From Oligoflexales bacterium (GTDB lineage: Bacteria; Bdellovibrionota_B; Oligoflexia; Oligoflexales; CAIYRB01): 15,917 nt of DNA. The position numbers and the translations under genes were made by a program. The stretch covers positions 1 through 15,917 of the forward strand of contig JBGSUI010000207.1 of NCBI GenBank assembly GCA_041736175.1, written 5' to 3'. The first letter of the stretch is position 1. Each line of letters opens with the position of its first letter. The notes beneath the pieces were generated by a model. The model did no database searches and had not been told where the DNA came from. It was given only the letters and a program-made list of their open reading frames with translations. This document shows positions 6,491 through 15,728 of the stretch, one piece after another.

Positions 6491-7480
6491 ATGATTCTTG
6501 TGACTGGCGGTGCTGGCTTTATAGGGAGCGCTTTGATTTGGGAGCTTAACAATCATGGTCATGGCGACATTGTTGTATCGGACCGTTTAGGAAGCGACTC
6601 CAAATGGAAGAATCTCTCCAAGCGACATTTTTGCCGTTTTGTTCCCAAAGAATCACTTTTTGACTGGTTGCAAGACGGCGGCCAGCATATGGCGTTTGAT
6701 GCTGTTTTTCACCTCGGAGCCTGTTCCGCCACGACAGAACCTAATGTCGACTACCTGATGCAAAATAACTTTAATTTTTCTCTAAAATTGTGGCAGTACT
6801 GCTCTGAGTTTCAAGTGCCGTTTATTTACGCCTCCTCTGCGGCGACCTATGGCAATGGTCATCTTGGATTCGACGATTCTTCCGCGATGACTCCAAACCT
6901 AGAATCATTAAACCCATATGGATTTAGCAAATTAAAGTTTGATCAGATGATTCTTTCTGAGTCCAAAACTCCTCCCTACTGGGTTGGTCTCAGGTTTTTC
7001 AATGTTTACGGTCCCCAAGAGTATCACAAGGGCTCACAAGCTAGCGTCATGTTGCATTTTTCCAAGCAAATTAGAGATTCCAAAAAAATCAAACTTTTTA
7101 AAAGTAATCACCCAGATTTTTTAGATGGTCAGCAAAAAAGAGACTTTATCTATATCAAGGACGTTACCAAAGTTCTCTACCATTTTTTTAAGATGCGAGG
7201 TCAAAAAGCTCAATCTGGTATTTATAATTTAGGGACTGGTACAGCGCGTACCTTTGAAGACGTCGCCAAAGCTTGTTTTATAGCAAGTGGTAACCAAAAA
7301 TTTGTAGTCGAATTTTTCCCTATGCCTGAGACCTTGACCAGCCAATATCAAAACTTTACACAGGCCCAAGTCACCAAGCTGCGGGAGCAGGGCCAGTATC
7401 ACGACGCCTTGACCAGCCTCGAAGATGGTGTTTATGACTACTATAATAAATACCTTCTTTCCAAGGATCCATATCTGTGA
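6491..7480 (+). CDS. hldD: ADP-L-glycero-D-manno-heptose 6-epimerase
   Basis: Extended SDR motifs VTGGAGFIGS, FHLGACSATTE, YASSAATYG, YGFSK (YxxxK), LRFFNVYGPQEYHKG, RDFIYIKDV and YQNFTQA. Also called rfaD/gmhD. Confidence 0.95.
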   Translation: MILVTGGAGFIGSALIWELNNHGHGDIVVSDRLGSDSKWKNLSKRHFCRFVPKESLFDWLQDGGQHMAFDAVFHLGACSATTEPNVDYLMQNNFNFSLKLWQYCSEFQVPFIYASSAATYGNGHLGFDDSSAMTPNLESLNPYGFSKLKFDQMILSESKTPPYWVGLRFFNVYGPQEYHKGSQASVMLHFSKQIRDSKKIKLFKSNHPDFLDGQQKRDFIYIKDVTKVLYHFFKMRGQKAQSGIYNLGTGTARTFEDVAKACFIASGNQKFVVEFFPMPETLTSQYQNFTQAQVTKLREQGQYHDALTSLEDGVYDYYNKYLLSKDPYL

Positions 7481-8916
7481 ATGGCCTCTGCAAAATCCCA
7501 TTGATATTCTTAATATTTTGGCATTTTACCTTCTTGCCTACCCTACTCTTTGGGGAGACTCCAGGAGATTCCAGGTCAAATCCAAATGCGGAAGCGACTG
7601 TTTGGATTGAAAGCGTTGACTTCAAGGGGCTCGATCGTACCGATGCCACGTGGATCCATAACTACCTCGATCTCCAACTTCCTAGGGCCATGACCCGCAG
7701 CGATACTATCAACATCTCCCGAAAGCTTATGACGACGGGAGTGTTTAGTGACGTCAAAGTCGCACTTCGTCCGGTCGATCCTACAAAGGTGCGCCTTTCG
7801 TCCGTAGGAAAACAACATCCTGAAGCCGTGATCCTCGAACTGCTCGTCGTGGAAAAGTGGACCACCATTCCTGTAGTTCGTGGAGTTTACGGTGGTGGTA
7901 CCCCCCTCAGAGTTGTAGGACTCTACGACACTCATGTTGCAGGAAAGCTTTTTACCCTAGGGGGAGAATTTCGCAAGTACGGCGATGCCCCGCCCGGGTT
8001 TGTGTTATTTTTCCGTGACCCCCGCGCCCAGAAGGGGAACGAATACTATGGGGCCGAAGTTTGGAATGATCGTAGGATACGCGATGTCTATAACGAAAAA
8101 AAGCAAATCACGGGCACTCAATTGACCCATGCGCACAAATTCAAAGCTCGCTTCTTAGCCCAACCCTTTCGTGATTCCCAATGGATTTCTGAAGATTCCA
8201 GTTTAGACAAAAAGGTCGCCAACCTTAAGACGGGGATCGAACTAGAAACCATCAAACAGTTTCCAGGTCGCTATACTGAATCCCCCGAATATTCTGATCA
8301 ACCTGAAGCTTCCTTGCGAAGATCTCCAAATCCCGAAAATGAGTCCATTTATATTAAAATCCAGCCTAGTTTTGTATATGATTCTATAGAGTCTAGTTTG
8401 CTAGAATTAGATGGTTTTCGCTTTAAACTTCAACTAGGTCCAACCCTCTTTAAAAACCAGTTCGGGTCAAGCCAAGAATTCGATGCATTCTACTACGATC
8501 AATGGCCCTTTGACCTGAATATGGGTCTGCACTTCTATTTTTGGAACAGTAGCACGACGACCGATGCAACCCAATTTTACCTCGGAGGATTTGACTCTGT
8601 GAGGGGTTTTCCAGATGGATTAAGGTCGGGGAGCACAGCCCTTTATAGCAACTTCGAACTTCGTCGAATTTTACATAAATCCAAATATTTATGGATTCAA
8701 GGCATCACTTTTTTAGATGGCGGCACTGCGGGCCAAACATGGGAGCAAGCATCCCGGGTGCATCCCCTAGCCTCCACGGGTCTGGGATTTAGGTTTGCCA
8801 TTCCCCAAGTCTATCGCCTCGTTTTTCGCCTCGACTACGCTTGGAGTCTTGTCGATAGCTCCAAGGGAATTACCGCTGGTATGAACCAGTTTTTCGATCC
8901 CTTTAACCCTCTCTAG
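7477..8916 (+). CDS. Omp85 (BamA/TamA superfamily) outer-membrane protein with a single POTRA domain
   Basis: Signal-peptide-like N-terminus; POTRA-like IESVDFKGLDRT...LMTTGVFSDVKV...VVEKW; loop-6 motif FYLGGFDSVRGF; terminal strands STGLGFRF and RLDYAW. The GTG start overlaps the hldD stop (GTGA). Confidence 0.85.
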   Translation: MNGLCKIPLIFLIFWHFTFLPTLLFGETPGDSRSNPNAEATVWIESVDFKGLDRTDATWIHNYLDLQLPRAMTRSDTINISRKLMTTGVFSDVKVALRPVDPTKVRLSSVGKQHPEAVILELLVVEKWTTIPVVRGVYGGGTPLRVVGLYDTHVAGKLFTLGGEFRKYGDAPPGFVLFFRDPRAQKGNEYYGAEVWNDRRIRDVYNEKKQITGTQLTHAHKFKARFLAQPFRDSQWISEDSSLDKKVANLKTGIELETIKQFPGRYTESPEYSDQPEASLRRSPNPENESIYIKIQPSFVYDSIESSLLELDGFRFKLQLGPTLFKNQFGSSQEFDAFYYDQWPFDLNMGLHFYFWNSSTTTDATQFYLGGFDSVRGFPDGLRSGSTALYSNFELRRILHKSKYLWIQGITFLDGGTAGQTWEQASRVHPLASTGLGFRFAIPQVYRLVFRLDYAWSLVDSSKGITAGMNQFFDPFNPL

Positions 8917-8951
8917 ACAATTTTAGGTCATAATCTAACCATATCTTGTCG

Positions 8952-9758
8952 CTATACTCGACTGCACTTGATAGTTTCAGTACCATTTTGGTTATCAAGT
9001 TGGGATCTTATTAAATTTAAAGAAGTTTCGTCACTCTTCTCAATCTTAAAAATCAAACCCTTGTATTTGGCTTGGCTTGAACGTTCGACCACCAGTAGAT
9101 CTGGAGTCCCCTGAACCCCCTTTTCAAGTCGACCATCTAACCAAAGGTAAGACTGGCCACCACTAGGATTAGAGACATCGATGGAAAACTTGTCTTCTGG
9201 CCTGATATTGGAACTCCATACTTTCCCGAGATCGTCTTTACATTTCCACCGACCATAAACTCCAACAGAAGTGGGCTCTGCTGCCGGCTTATTGGTGGGG
9301 TTTTGCTGATTTTGCCCTGCTCGTGCTAGCTTTATGGTGACTCGTTCGTTTGCCAACTGCAAACTATTTCCTGTGAGATCATAGGGGAGATCCGTTGTCG
9401 AACCTGTCAAACCTAATGTCGAAACGGAAGACTCCTGTAGACTTAAAATCAAGCTTTTTCCCGCAAAATTCCGAAAGGTCCCCTTAACATTTGCATTCTC
9501 TGTCTGAGTAAGTCGCATGGAAAATCGCCCTGCTTCTTCCGAAGAACCTTCAAAGACTACGTTTATGGGCGCTTCCTGTTGGTTATTGCCTACTGTTTTG
9601 CTGATATAGATCCCCTCCCAGGTCCCCAAAATTCCGGTATTTGATCCTCCGGCTTCACCACCACTGATGGCTTCCGGAGTTGTACCGGTTCCACAGCCCC
9701 AGAAATTAGAGAATACCAAAAAACAAATTACTTTATGAAGGGATCCCGTAGTTTTCAT
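8952..9758 (-). CDS. Hypothetical lipoprotein with two beta-rich, GxW-initiated (lipocalin-like) domains
   Basis: Basic N-terminus, hydrophobic stretch and lipobox-like FWGC, then a Gly/Thr linker. ILGTWEG and VYGRWKC open two domains separated by a Q/N/P-rich linker. Confidence 0.7.
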   Translation of the reverse strand: MKTTGSLHKVICFLVFSNFWGCGTGTTPEAISGGEAGGSNTGILGTWEGIYISKTVGNNQQEAPINVVFEGSSEEAGRFSMRLTQTENANVKGTFRNFAGKSLILSLQESSVSTLGLTGSTTDLPYDLTGNSLQLANERVTIKLARAGQNQQNPTNKPAAEPTSVGVYGRWKCKDDLGKVWSSNIRPEDKFSIDVSNPSGGQSYLWLDGRLEKGVQGTPDLLVVERSSQAKYKGLIFKIEKSDETSLNLIRSQLDNQNGTETIKCSRV

Positions 9759-9843
9759 CTGACGACCGCCATTTTTTAGCCCCTATCGCGTCTCAGGGGA
9801 TTTCAAATCATTTTCTCTTAAACACTTGTAAACAACAATACCG

Positions 9844-12800
9844 TCAGAGTTTTCGCTCTGCTGAGATTGCTCCCGAACGTTTGACCTCTGATTGGGTATC
9901 AGCAGCAACCCCTGGGTCTAAGGGCTCCCCTTGGGATTTTTCTTCCTTAAAGGACTTCTTTAAATGGGCTGGGAGATCTTTTTGCATGTCGACACCAACA
10001 ACTTTTGAAACACCCGGCTCCTGCATTGTAATTCCATAAAGTGTGTCAAGAACTTCCATAGTTCGTCGATTGTGGGTGATCACAATAAATTGAAACTGGT
10101 CTGAGAGTGCTTCGAGGACTCTGTTATATCGTCCCACGTTTGCTTCATCAAGGGGGGCATCAACCTCATCAAGGAAACAAAAGGGAGTCGGTTTGGTTTT
10201 TAAAAGGGCAAAAATAAGCGAGATCGCTGTTAAGGCCTTTTCACCTCCAGAAAAGAGCGACATCGGTTTCCTACTCTTCCCCGGCAATCGGCACATAATC
10301 TCCACGCCACTTGTCAAAGGGGCCTCTGGAGTCGTTAACTCAAGACGTCCTTCGCCGGTAGGAAACAAAATCGGAAAAAGCCCGCCAAATTCACTATTTA
10401 CTCGTTCATAGATCTCTAAAAACTTTTTTACCGATGTATCTTCAATTTCGGAAATCACGGCGATCAGTAGATCAATACTGCTCAAGACTTCTTCTTTTTG
10501 TCTCTCAATAAAGTCAAAACGAGCTTTCTTTTCGTCAAATTCCTTGACCGCCATCAGGTTAACGGCGCCCATAGACTCGATTTTTGCTCTCAGTTTTGCG
10601 ACGACTTTTTGTTGGGCATCATGGTTAAATTCTGGATCGATATTAAATTGGTAGGTTTCTACGTCTAAGTGGTATTTTTCTAACGCCTGTTCTACCACAC
10701 CACTTAGCGCCATCTTAGCCCGTTCAAGGTGTAGATTTTTTTCTGCTAAGCTCTTTTGTAGCCTAGAGATCTGTTCTCGAACCTCCTTAAGTCGTCCCTC
10801 GATAACTCTCGTTTCTTCCAAGATACCTGCTGATGCTTCTCTTTTGAGCGAAAACTCTGCTTCAAGAACCTCTCGTTCTCTGAGATAGGTTTCAATGGAT
10901 TGGTGTGATTCCTCTTGCTCTAATTTGGCATTTTCCAGATCATGTTCGATTTGAGAGCTTTCAGAATAACGCCTCGACAACTTGTTTTGCAGCAGCTCTA
11001 GCTGTGCTTTTAGGTTCGAATAACTCTCCCTTAAAGCGTGAGCCTTGGCTTCAGATCTAGCAAGATCCAATCTTCGAGATTCATGCTGCCGTCTAATCTC
11101 TTCGCGCCGCTCTAAAAGGGATTCGCTTTCTTCGCGAATATTTTCTAACTCTGATTTTGATTGGCTTAACTCTGACTCTAGCGACTTCCGAACATCTTGT
11201 AAGCTCTCATGATCTAGATGAACTTTATCGATCTGATTTGTTAAATTTTGAACTAAGACCCTATTGTTCTCCAACTCTTGGCACTTATGATCATAAAATT
11301 GTTTAATAGATTCTAGGTGAGTCATGACTGCTAAGACATCTTGATTCTGGCTTTGAAGTCTCTGGTCAATGCTGGCGATTACGGTCCGATCGTCGCCCAA
11401 TTGATGCTCGATTAGGTCAAGCTCCCCTTGAACTTGCGCTATATGACTTTCAAGGGATTTTAGCTCGTGTACCAGGTGTTCAATTTCTATTTTGCGAGAT
11501 AGTATACCTCCTTGGCCATGACCGCCAATCAACAGATCATGATCGTCGCCAATCATAACGCCCTGTGCCGTAAAGACCGTCACTCCTGGCGGCTTTTCCT
11601 GGATCATCGTGGCGTCTAAGCCAATCCCCTGATAGATATAAATCTTATCCATCAGGCTTTCTAAATAATCTCTGTTTCCATTAATTGTCACAAAACGGCT
11701 CATAGGCTCCAGACTAAAGTGTTGAGCCCAAGATTTTACTTTATTCCTATCGTAAAAGATATTTTCGGTCCCATGAACCAAGCATATAGGCATCGCCCCC
11801 AACGTCTGTTTATGGGATATTCTAACAAGGTCACCTAGAGTCTTTAGGTCGTTGACGACCAGTCTCTCGGTCCATTGTTCGAATGCCGCACAAAGATGCC
11901 GAGGCAGTTCTACGGCATCAGAATTAAAAGATATTTGGTCGGCTAAGAGTCCGCCTAGATTTTCCAGAATCCGCTGTCCATCAGCAGTTTCACTCAGTTG
12001 TTTTACGGTGGCACCGACATCTGTGGCACCCTTTTCAATCTCCTGTAAGGACTTTAGCTTAGCTCTTACTTCATGATATTTTTCCTTTAGTTTATCCCGA
12101 CGTTCTAAGGCTTCCTTATTTTGACGATAGAGGACTGCTACTGATGCCTCTCGTTCGTGCTTGGTTTTTATTTCTATATCAAGGCCCTGTTTGGTGTGCT
12201 GGGCTTGTTCTTTGACTTGATCCAACTCTAAGCTGGTATTTCTAACAGATTGATCGAGAATTTCGCTTTTCTGTTTGCCTTCGTTTAATTCTCGCTCAAA
12301 ACGGCGTAGATCATTGCTGCATTGCTCAGATTTGAATTTATTGCTTTCGATAAGCCGTTCAATATTTCTAATTTCATCCTGAAATTCATCCATTCTACTT
12401 TGATAGACTTGGGCAGCTTCGGTCGCTGACTCAACTTCATAGTCAAAACTCTCAATGGTACTATTGAGCAATCGGGTCGCATTTTCGGCATCTCCAAGAG
12501 ATCTCAAGGAGCTTTCGACCTGACCCTCCAAAACATTGAGGTTTTGGTCATCTTCAGCAATTTCCTTTTTGAGGTCCAGGAGTCTTTTGGCTCCCGACCC
12601 AAGTCGTAGTGCCGATGATTTAAGGGTCGACTCGGCCCTGGCGATCTTTTCGCGAATCATCGCGATTTTTTCCTGAAGAATCTGAATTTCTGGATCTGAC
12701 TCATCCAAGTCGCTTTGTAGTTCCAGGTGTCGAGACTCTAATCCTGCTACCAAAGCTAGGCTTTCCGTTTCTTGAGCCCGATCTTGCTGTTGAACCGACT

Positions 12801-13548
12801 GAATTTTAGCGAGTTGTTCTTTAAAATACACAAAATTATGGGCAAAAAGACTGACCTCCTGGTCTTTGAGCTGAAGGCTGAGTCCTTGGTATTCCTTTGC
12901 TTTTGAAACCTGGCCCTCCAAGGCGCTTAATTGGGCTGCAACTTCGGCCAAAATATCATCGATTCTCGAGAGGTTGACTTTAGTTAACTCCAGTTTTTTT
13001 TCGGCTTCAATCTTTCTCTTTTTATAAACAGCTGTGCCCGCTGCCTCTTCTAAGATCTCTCTTACATCTTCAGGTTTCGCATTGAGGATACGCTCGACCT
13101 GCCCCTGCTGGATCATGGAGTAACTTCTACCCCCTAACCCTGTAGAAGCAAAAAAATGGACGAGTTCTTTGAATCGACATTCCCTTTTATTTATTAAATA
13201 TTCCCGTTCGCCATTTACAAAAATCCTCCTGGTCAGTGCAATCTCTTGTTCGTGGCGATATTCAGGGGGACAGAAAGAACCCTCATCCGTGTTATCAAAC
13301 ACAAGGGAGACTTCCGCCATTCCTAAGGGTTTACGCTTTTCTGAGCCGGCAAAGATGATATCAGTAGCCTTTTCACCCCTGAGGTTTTTGGCATTCTGCT
13401 CGCCCATGACCCATCTTACTGAGTCAATAATATTTGATTTACCAGAGCCATTGGGACCGACCACCCCAGTGATCCCTTTATCCAAGGAAATCACGATTCG
13501 ATCCGCGAAAGATTTAAAACCCGAAATTATGATCTTTTTTAGGTACAT
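9844..13548 (-). CDS. smc: Chromosome segregation protein SMC
   Basis: GFKSFAD, Walker A GPNGSGKSN, Q-loop IQQG, long coiled coils around a central hinge, GAVNL, signature FSGGEK, Walker B/D-loop FCFLDEVDAPLD, and ITH. Confidence 0.97.
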   Translation of the reverse strand: MYLKKIIISGFKSFADRIVISLDKGITGVVGPNGSGKSNIIDSVRWVMGEQNAKNLRGEKATDIIFAGSEKRKPLGMAEVSLVFDNTDEGSFCPPEYRHEQEIALTRRIFVNGEREYLINKRECRFKELVHFFASTGLGGRSYSMIQQGQVERILNAKPEDVREILEEAAGTAVYKKRKIEAEKKLELTKVNLSRIDDILAEVAAQLSALEGQVSKAKEYQGLSLQLKDQEVSLFAHNFVYFKEQLAKIQSVQQQDRAQETESLALVAGLESRHLELQSDLDESDPEIQILQEKIAMIREKIARAESTLKSSALRLGSGAKRLLDLKKEIAEDDQNLNVLEGQVESSLRSLGDAENATRLLNSTIESFDYEVESATEAAQVYQSRMDEFQDEIRNIERLIESNKFKSEQCSNDLRRFERELNEGKQKSEILDQSVRNTSLELDQVKEQAQHTKQGLDIEIKTKHEREASVAVLYRQNKEALERRDKLKEKYHEVRAKLKSLQEIEKGATDVGATVKQLSETADGQRILENLGGLLADQISFNSDAVELPRHLCAAFEQWTERLVVNDLKTLGDLVRISHKQTLGAMPICLVHGTENIFYDRNKVKSWAQHFSLEPMSRFVTINGNRDYLESLMDKIYIYQGIGLDATMIQEKPPGVTVFTAQGVMIGDDHDLLIGGHGQGGILSRKIEIEHLVHELKSLESHIAQVQGELDLIEHQLGDDRTVIASIDQRLQSQNQDVLAVMTHLESIKQFYDHKCQELENNRVLVQNLTNQIDKVHLDHESLQDVRKSLESELSQSKSELENIREESESLLERREEIRRQHESRRLDLARSEAKAHALRESYSNLKAQLELLQNKLSRRYSESSQIEHDLENAKLEQEESHQSIETYLREREVLEAEFSLKREASAGILEETRVIEGRLKEVREQISRLQKSLAEKNLHLERAKMALSGVVEQALEKYHLDVETYQFNIDPEFNHDAQQKVVAKLRAKIESMGAVNLMAVKEFDEKKARFDFIERQKEEVLSSIDLLIAVISEIEDTSVKKFLEIYERVNSEFGGLFPILFPTGEGRLELTTPEAPLTSGVEIMCRLPGKSRKPMSLFSGGEKALTAISLIFALLKTKPTPFCFLDEVDAPLDEANVGRYNRVLEALSDQFQFIVITHNRRTMEVLDTLYGITMQEPGVSKVVGVDMQKDLPAHLKKSFKEEKSQGEPLDPGVAADTQSEVKRSGAISAERKL

Positions 13549-14490
13549 TTAATGTTTTGCCAACTCACTAAGGTTGAACTGCTGCGAACTGGAGCAATAA
13601 ACGCAGTTAACTTCAATTTTACCGACTTCGCTGATAAGATTTTCGAGTTCTGCCGGCCCCAACCCCATGGCCGTGAGCGCCATCTTTTCTCGACTGCAAG
13701 TACATTTAAATCGAAGCTCTCTATGAGCAAGTAAACCCCAGGCCTCTTGGGCACTCTGCATATACTTTACCAAGTCCTCTGCTGATTCGCCCAATGCAAT
13801 CCTATCAGAAATGTTTATTTTTGAAATCTTCTCCCCTAAACCTTTCAACTCATCATCAGATACGACCGCTCCGCCGAGGCGTTGGACCAAGATTCCTCCT
13901 GCGCTTAGGACCCGCCCATTTGGGTCAAGCTTTACTCCTGCAGCCACCGCACTTGGAATTTGTTCGGACTCTGATAAGAATCGTGCAAAATCCGCTGCGA
14001 TCTCGCCACTTGCTAAGTCAACAATGGCTGCATAAGGAGTCCCTTCACCATAGGAGCCTTTTGTAACCGTCAAACGCCCCGGTCCTACTGCTTCGCCTAC
14101 TGATTCTGGGACCTTAACATCCTGGCTCCTCTCTACCCTTTGGCTTAGGACGGGAACAAGGGTAAAAGGGGTCGTGTACCCCCGGCAGTCACCCGTTCCA
14201 TTGCACTCAGCGACGATTTTCTTCAAGACCCCGTCGCCCGAAATGGACCCATGGATGTAATCGTTTGCTCTTTTTAAGTTCGAAGCAAGCAAGGCAACAC
14301 AGGATATGGCCCGTCCAAAAGCGATCGTCGTCAGGGGGTCAAGGCCGTGCCGCCGCTGTGCTTCTCTGACGACCTCAGTGGTCACCGCCACCACGGCTCT
14401 CGCCCGATAGTCCATTAAATGAAAATGGGATAGACCATCCCCTTGGATTTTCTTCTGATCGCTGTTTTGGCCAGTGGGTGTCGTGTTCAT
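13549..14490 (-). CDS. hslO: Hsp33 redox-regulated chaperone
   Basis: VREAQRRH, GEIAADFARFLSESEQIPS, AGGILVQRL, and the zinc switch CTC...CVYC. Confidence 0.92.
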   Translation of the reverse strand: MNTTPTGQNSDQKKIQGDGLSHFHLMDYRARAVVAVTTEVVREAQRRHGLDPLTTIAFGRAISCVALLASNLKRANDYIHGSISGDGVLKKIVAECNGTGDCRGYTTPFTLVPVLSQRVERSQDVKVPESVGEAVGPGRLTVTKGSYGEGTPYAAIVDLASGEIAADFARFLSESEQIPSAVAAGVKLDPNGRVLSAGGILVQRLGGAVVSDDELKGLGEKISKINISDRIALGESAEDLVKYMQSAQEAWGLLAHRELRFKCTCSREKMALTAMGLGPAELENLISEVGKIEVNCVYCSSSQQFNLSELAKH

Positions 14491-14627
14491 TTTTCAATTC
14501 CTCTAGTATATCGCGGCTGACGCAAGCACTGATCGAATAGGTTTAAGCACCCCACTCGAAAAAGCGCCCATAAACATCACCTCTACCTTATTAGCCGAGC
14601 TTTCTGCTAGATAGAATCCAAAGGCTC

Positions 14628-15728
14628 TTAGGAGGAATAGATGTGTCTAAGTCTCAGGGGCATGATTTCTTGATCAATATTGTTAAGTTCTATTTCCTTA
14701 AATGTTCCGACGGGATAAGTACTGTCCATGCACCTCTCGGGATTGGACTCTTCGCGAGGAGTCATTAAACCCACGGATAGGCGCCCCTCAGGATCCCTAG
14801 TCCAGACAATAAATTTGTTAGCTTCCACTGATGAACATGAGTTCCAATACCTATATGTCCTGGCGGTCGCCTTCCTTTTATGGGGCCTGGGGACCATGGG
14901 TTGGATTTGCCACCCAGCCTCTCGGTGTACAGTCGTCGCTCCACTCCTGGCCGTAAGGGTTTCCGAAGGCTCTAGGGGTAACCCTTCAAAGCTAAAGGAT
15001 TCGTACTGTTGACGGGGAAGCCCCTCTGGACAAGGACGGTTATAGTACCTGGCGACCACTACTTTTTGTTGTTTTAAACCATCCATCGATTCAGCGATCC
15101 CTATAGGCGCTTCGTTGCATCCGAGGAGATAGCGGTAGGTCCCTGATTTCGAACTTTCAATCTCCTTTGTATGGATAGAATATGATGCTGAAATTTGAGG
15201 CTTTTTTTCATGCCATGGCTGGATCTGAGAAACTCCTTTGCGACTCATTTTGACGAGAGGTCGTATAAGGGGGGCTGGTTGGCAGGTCGCTGCTTGACCT
15301 TTTTTAGGCGCCTGGTGTACCAGGCCGACCTCGATACGGGCTTCTGACGTGTCCGGTTGGAAGGGCCGCAGCAGAGTCCCCATAAAGGATCCACATCGGT
15401 TTTCTGCTAAACCTAATAATTTTCCGTTGCTAAATCCAATTTGGTACACTCGTGCCAATAGGAGTGGCGTAGGGCTTGTTACCTCTAACTCTTTTATATT
15501 ACTATATTTATTAGCGACTAAAGCTGGAAACTTCATAACGATCGTTTCAAGACCCGCTGAGCAAAGAAAAGCGCTGTGCTTAAGCGCCACCCCAACTTCT
15601 AAAACCAAGTCCTCTTCGGTTTTGGTTTCTTTTGCTACAAACCCAACAAACTCTGCTCCACAGCTTTTTTCGAAAGCTACCAGAACTCCCTTTGGGGTCA
15701 CTTCAATCGTGGGCTCGTATAAATACAC
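14628..15728 (-). CDS. Hypothetical protein with four ~90-aa modules, each with one Cys pair; true start uncertain
   Basis: 366-codon ORF with Cys at residues 23/56, 112/149, 204/233 and 298/333. No family recognised. Confidence 0.75.
   Translation of the reverse strand: MYLYEPTIEVTPKGVLVAFEKSCGAEFVGFVAKETKTEEDLVLEVGVALKHSAFLCSAGLETIVMKFPALVANKYSNIKELEVTSPTPLLLARVYQIGFSNGKLLGLAENRCGSFMGTLLRPFQPDTSEARIEVGLVHQAPKKGQAATCQPAPLIRPLVKMSRKGVSQIQPWHEKKPQISASYSIHTKEIESSKSGTYRYLLGCNEAPIGIAESMDGLKQQKVVVARYYNRPCPEGLPRQQYESFSFEGLPLEPSETLTARSGATTVHREAGWQIQPMVPRPHKRKATARTYRYWNSCSSVEANKFIVWTRDPEGRLSVGLMTPREESNPERCMDSTYPVGTFKEIELNNIDQEIMPLRLRHIYSS

Noticed and set aside
6313..6549. 78-aa ORF on the + strand
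   Set aside because: TTG start with no clear RBS, overlaps hldD out of frame, has no recognisable motif, and lies across the structured region.
13169..13552. Antisense or alternate-frame ORFs over real genes (also 351-572, 2271-2603, 3127-3444, 7576-7935, 14728-15012, 15349-15744 and others)
   Set aside because: Shadow ORFs overlapping better-supported genes, with no motifs of their own.
185..14490. An oxidative-stress island (cytochrome c, CNNM, sodB, xth, hslO)
   Set aside because: The genes lie in different transcription units interleaved with unrelated housekeeping genes, with no shared operator or mobility signal.
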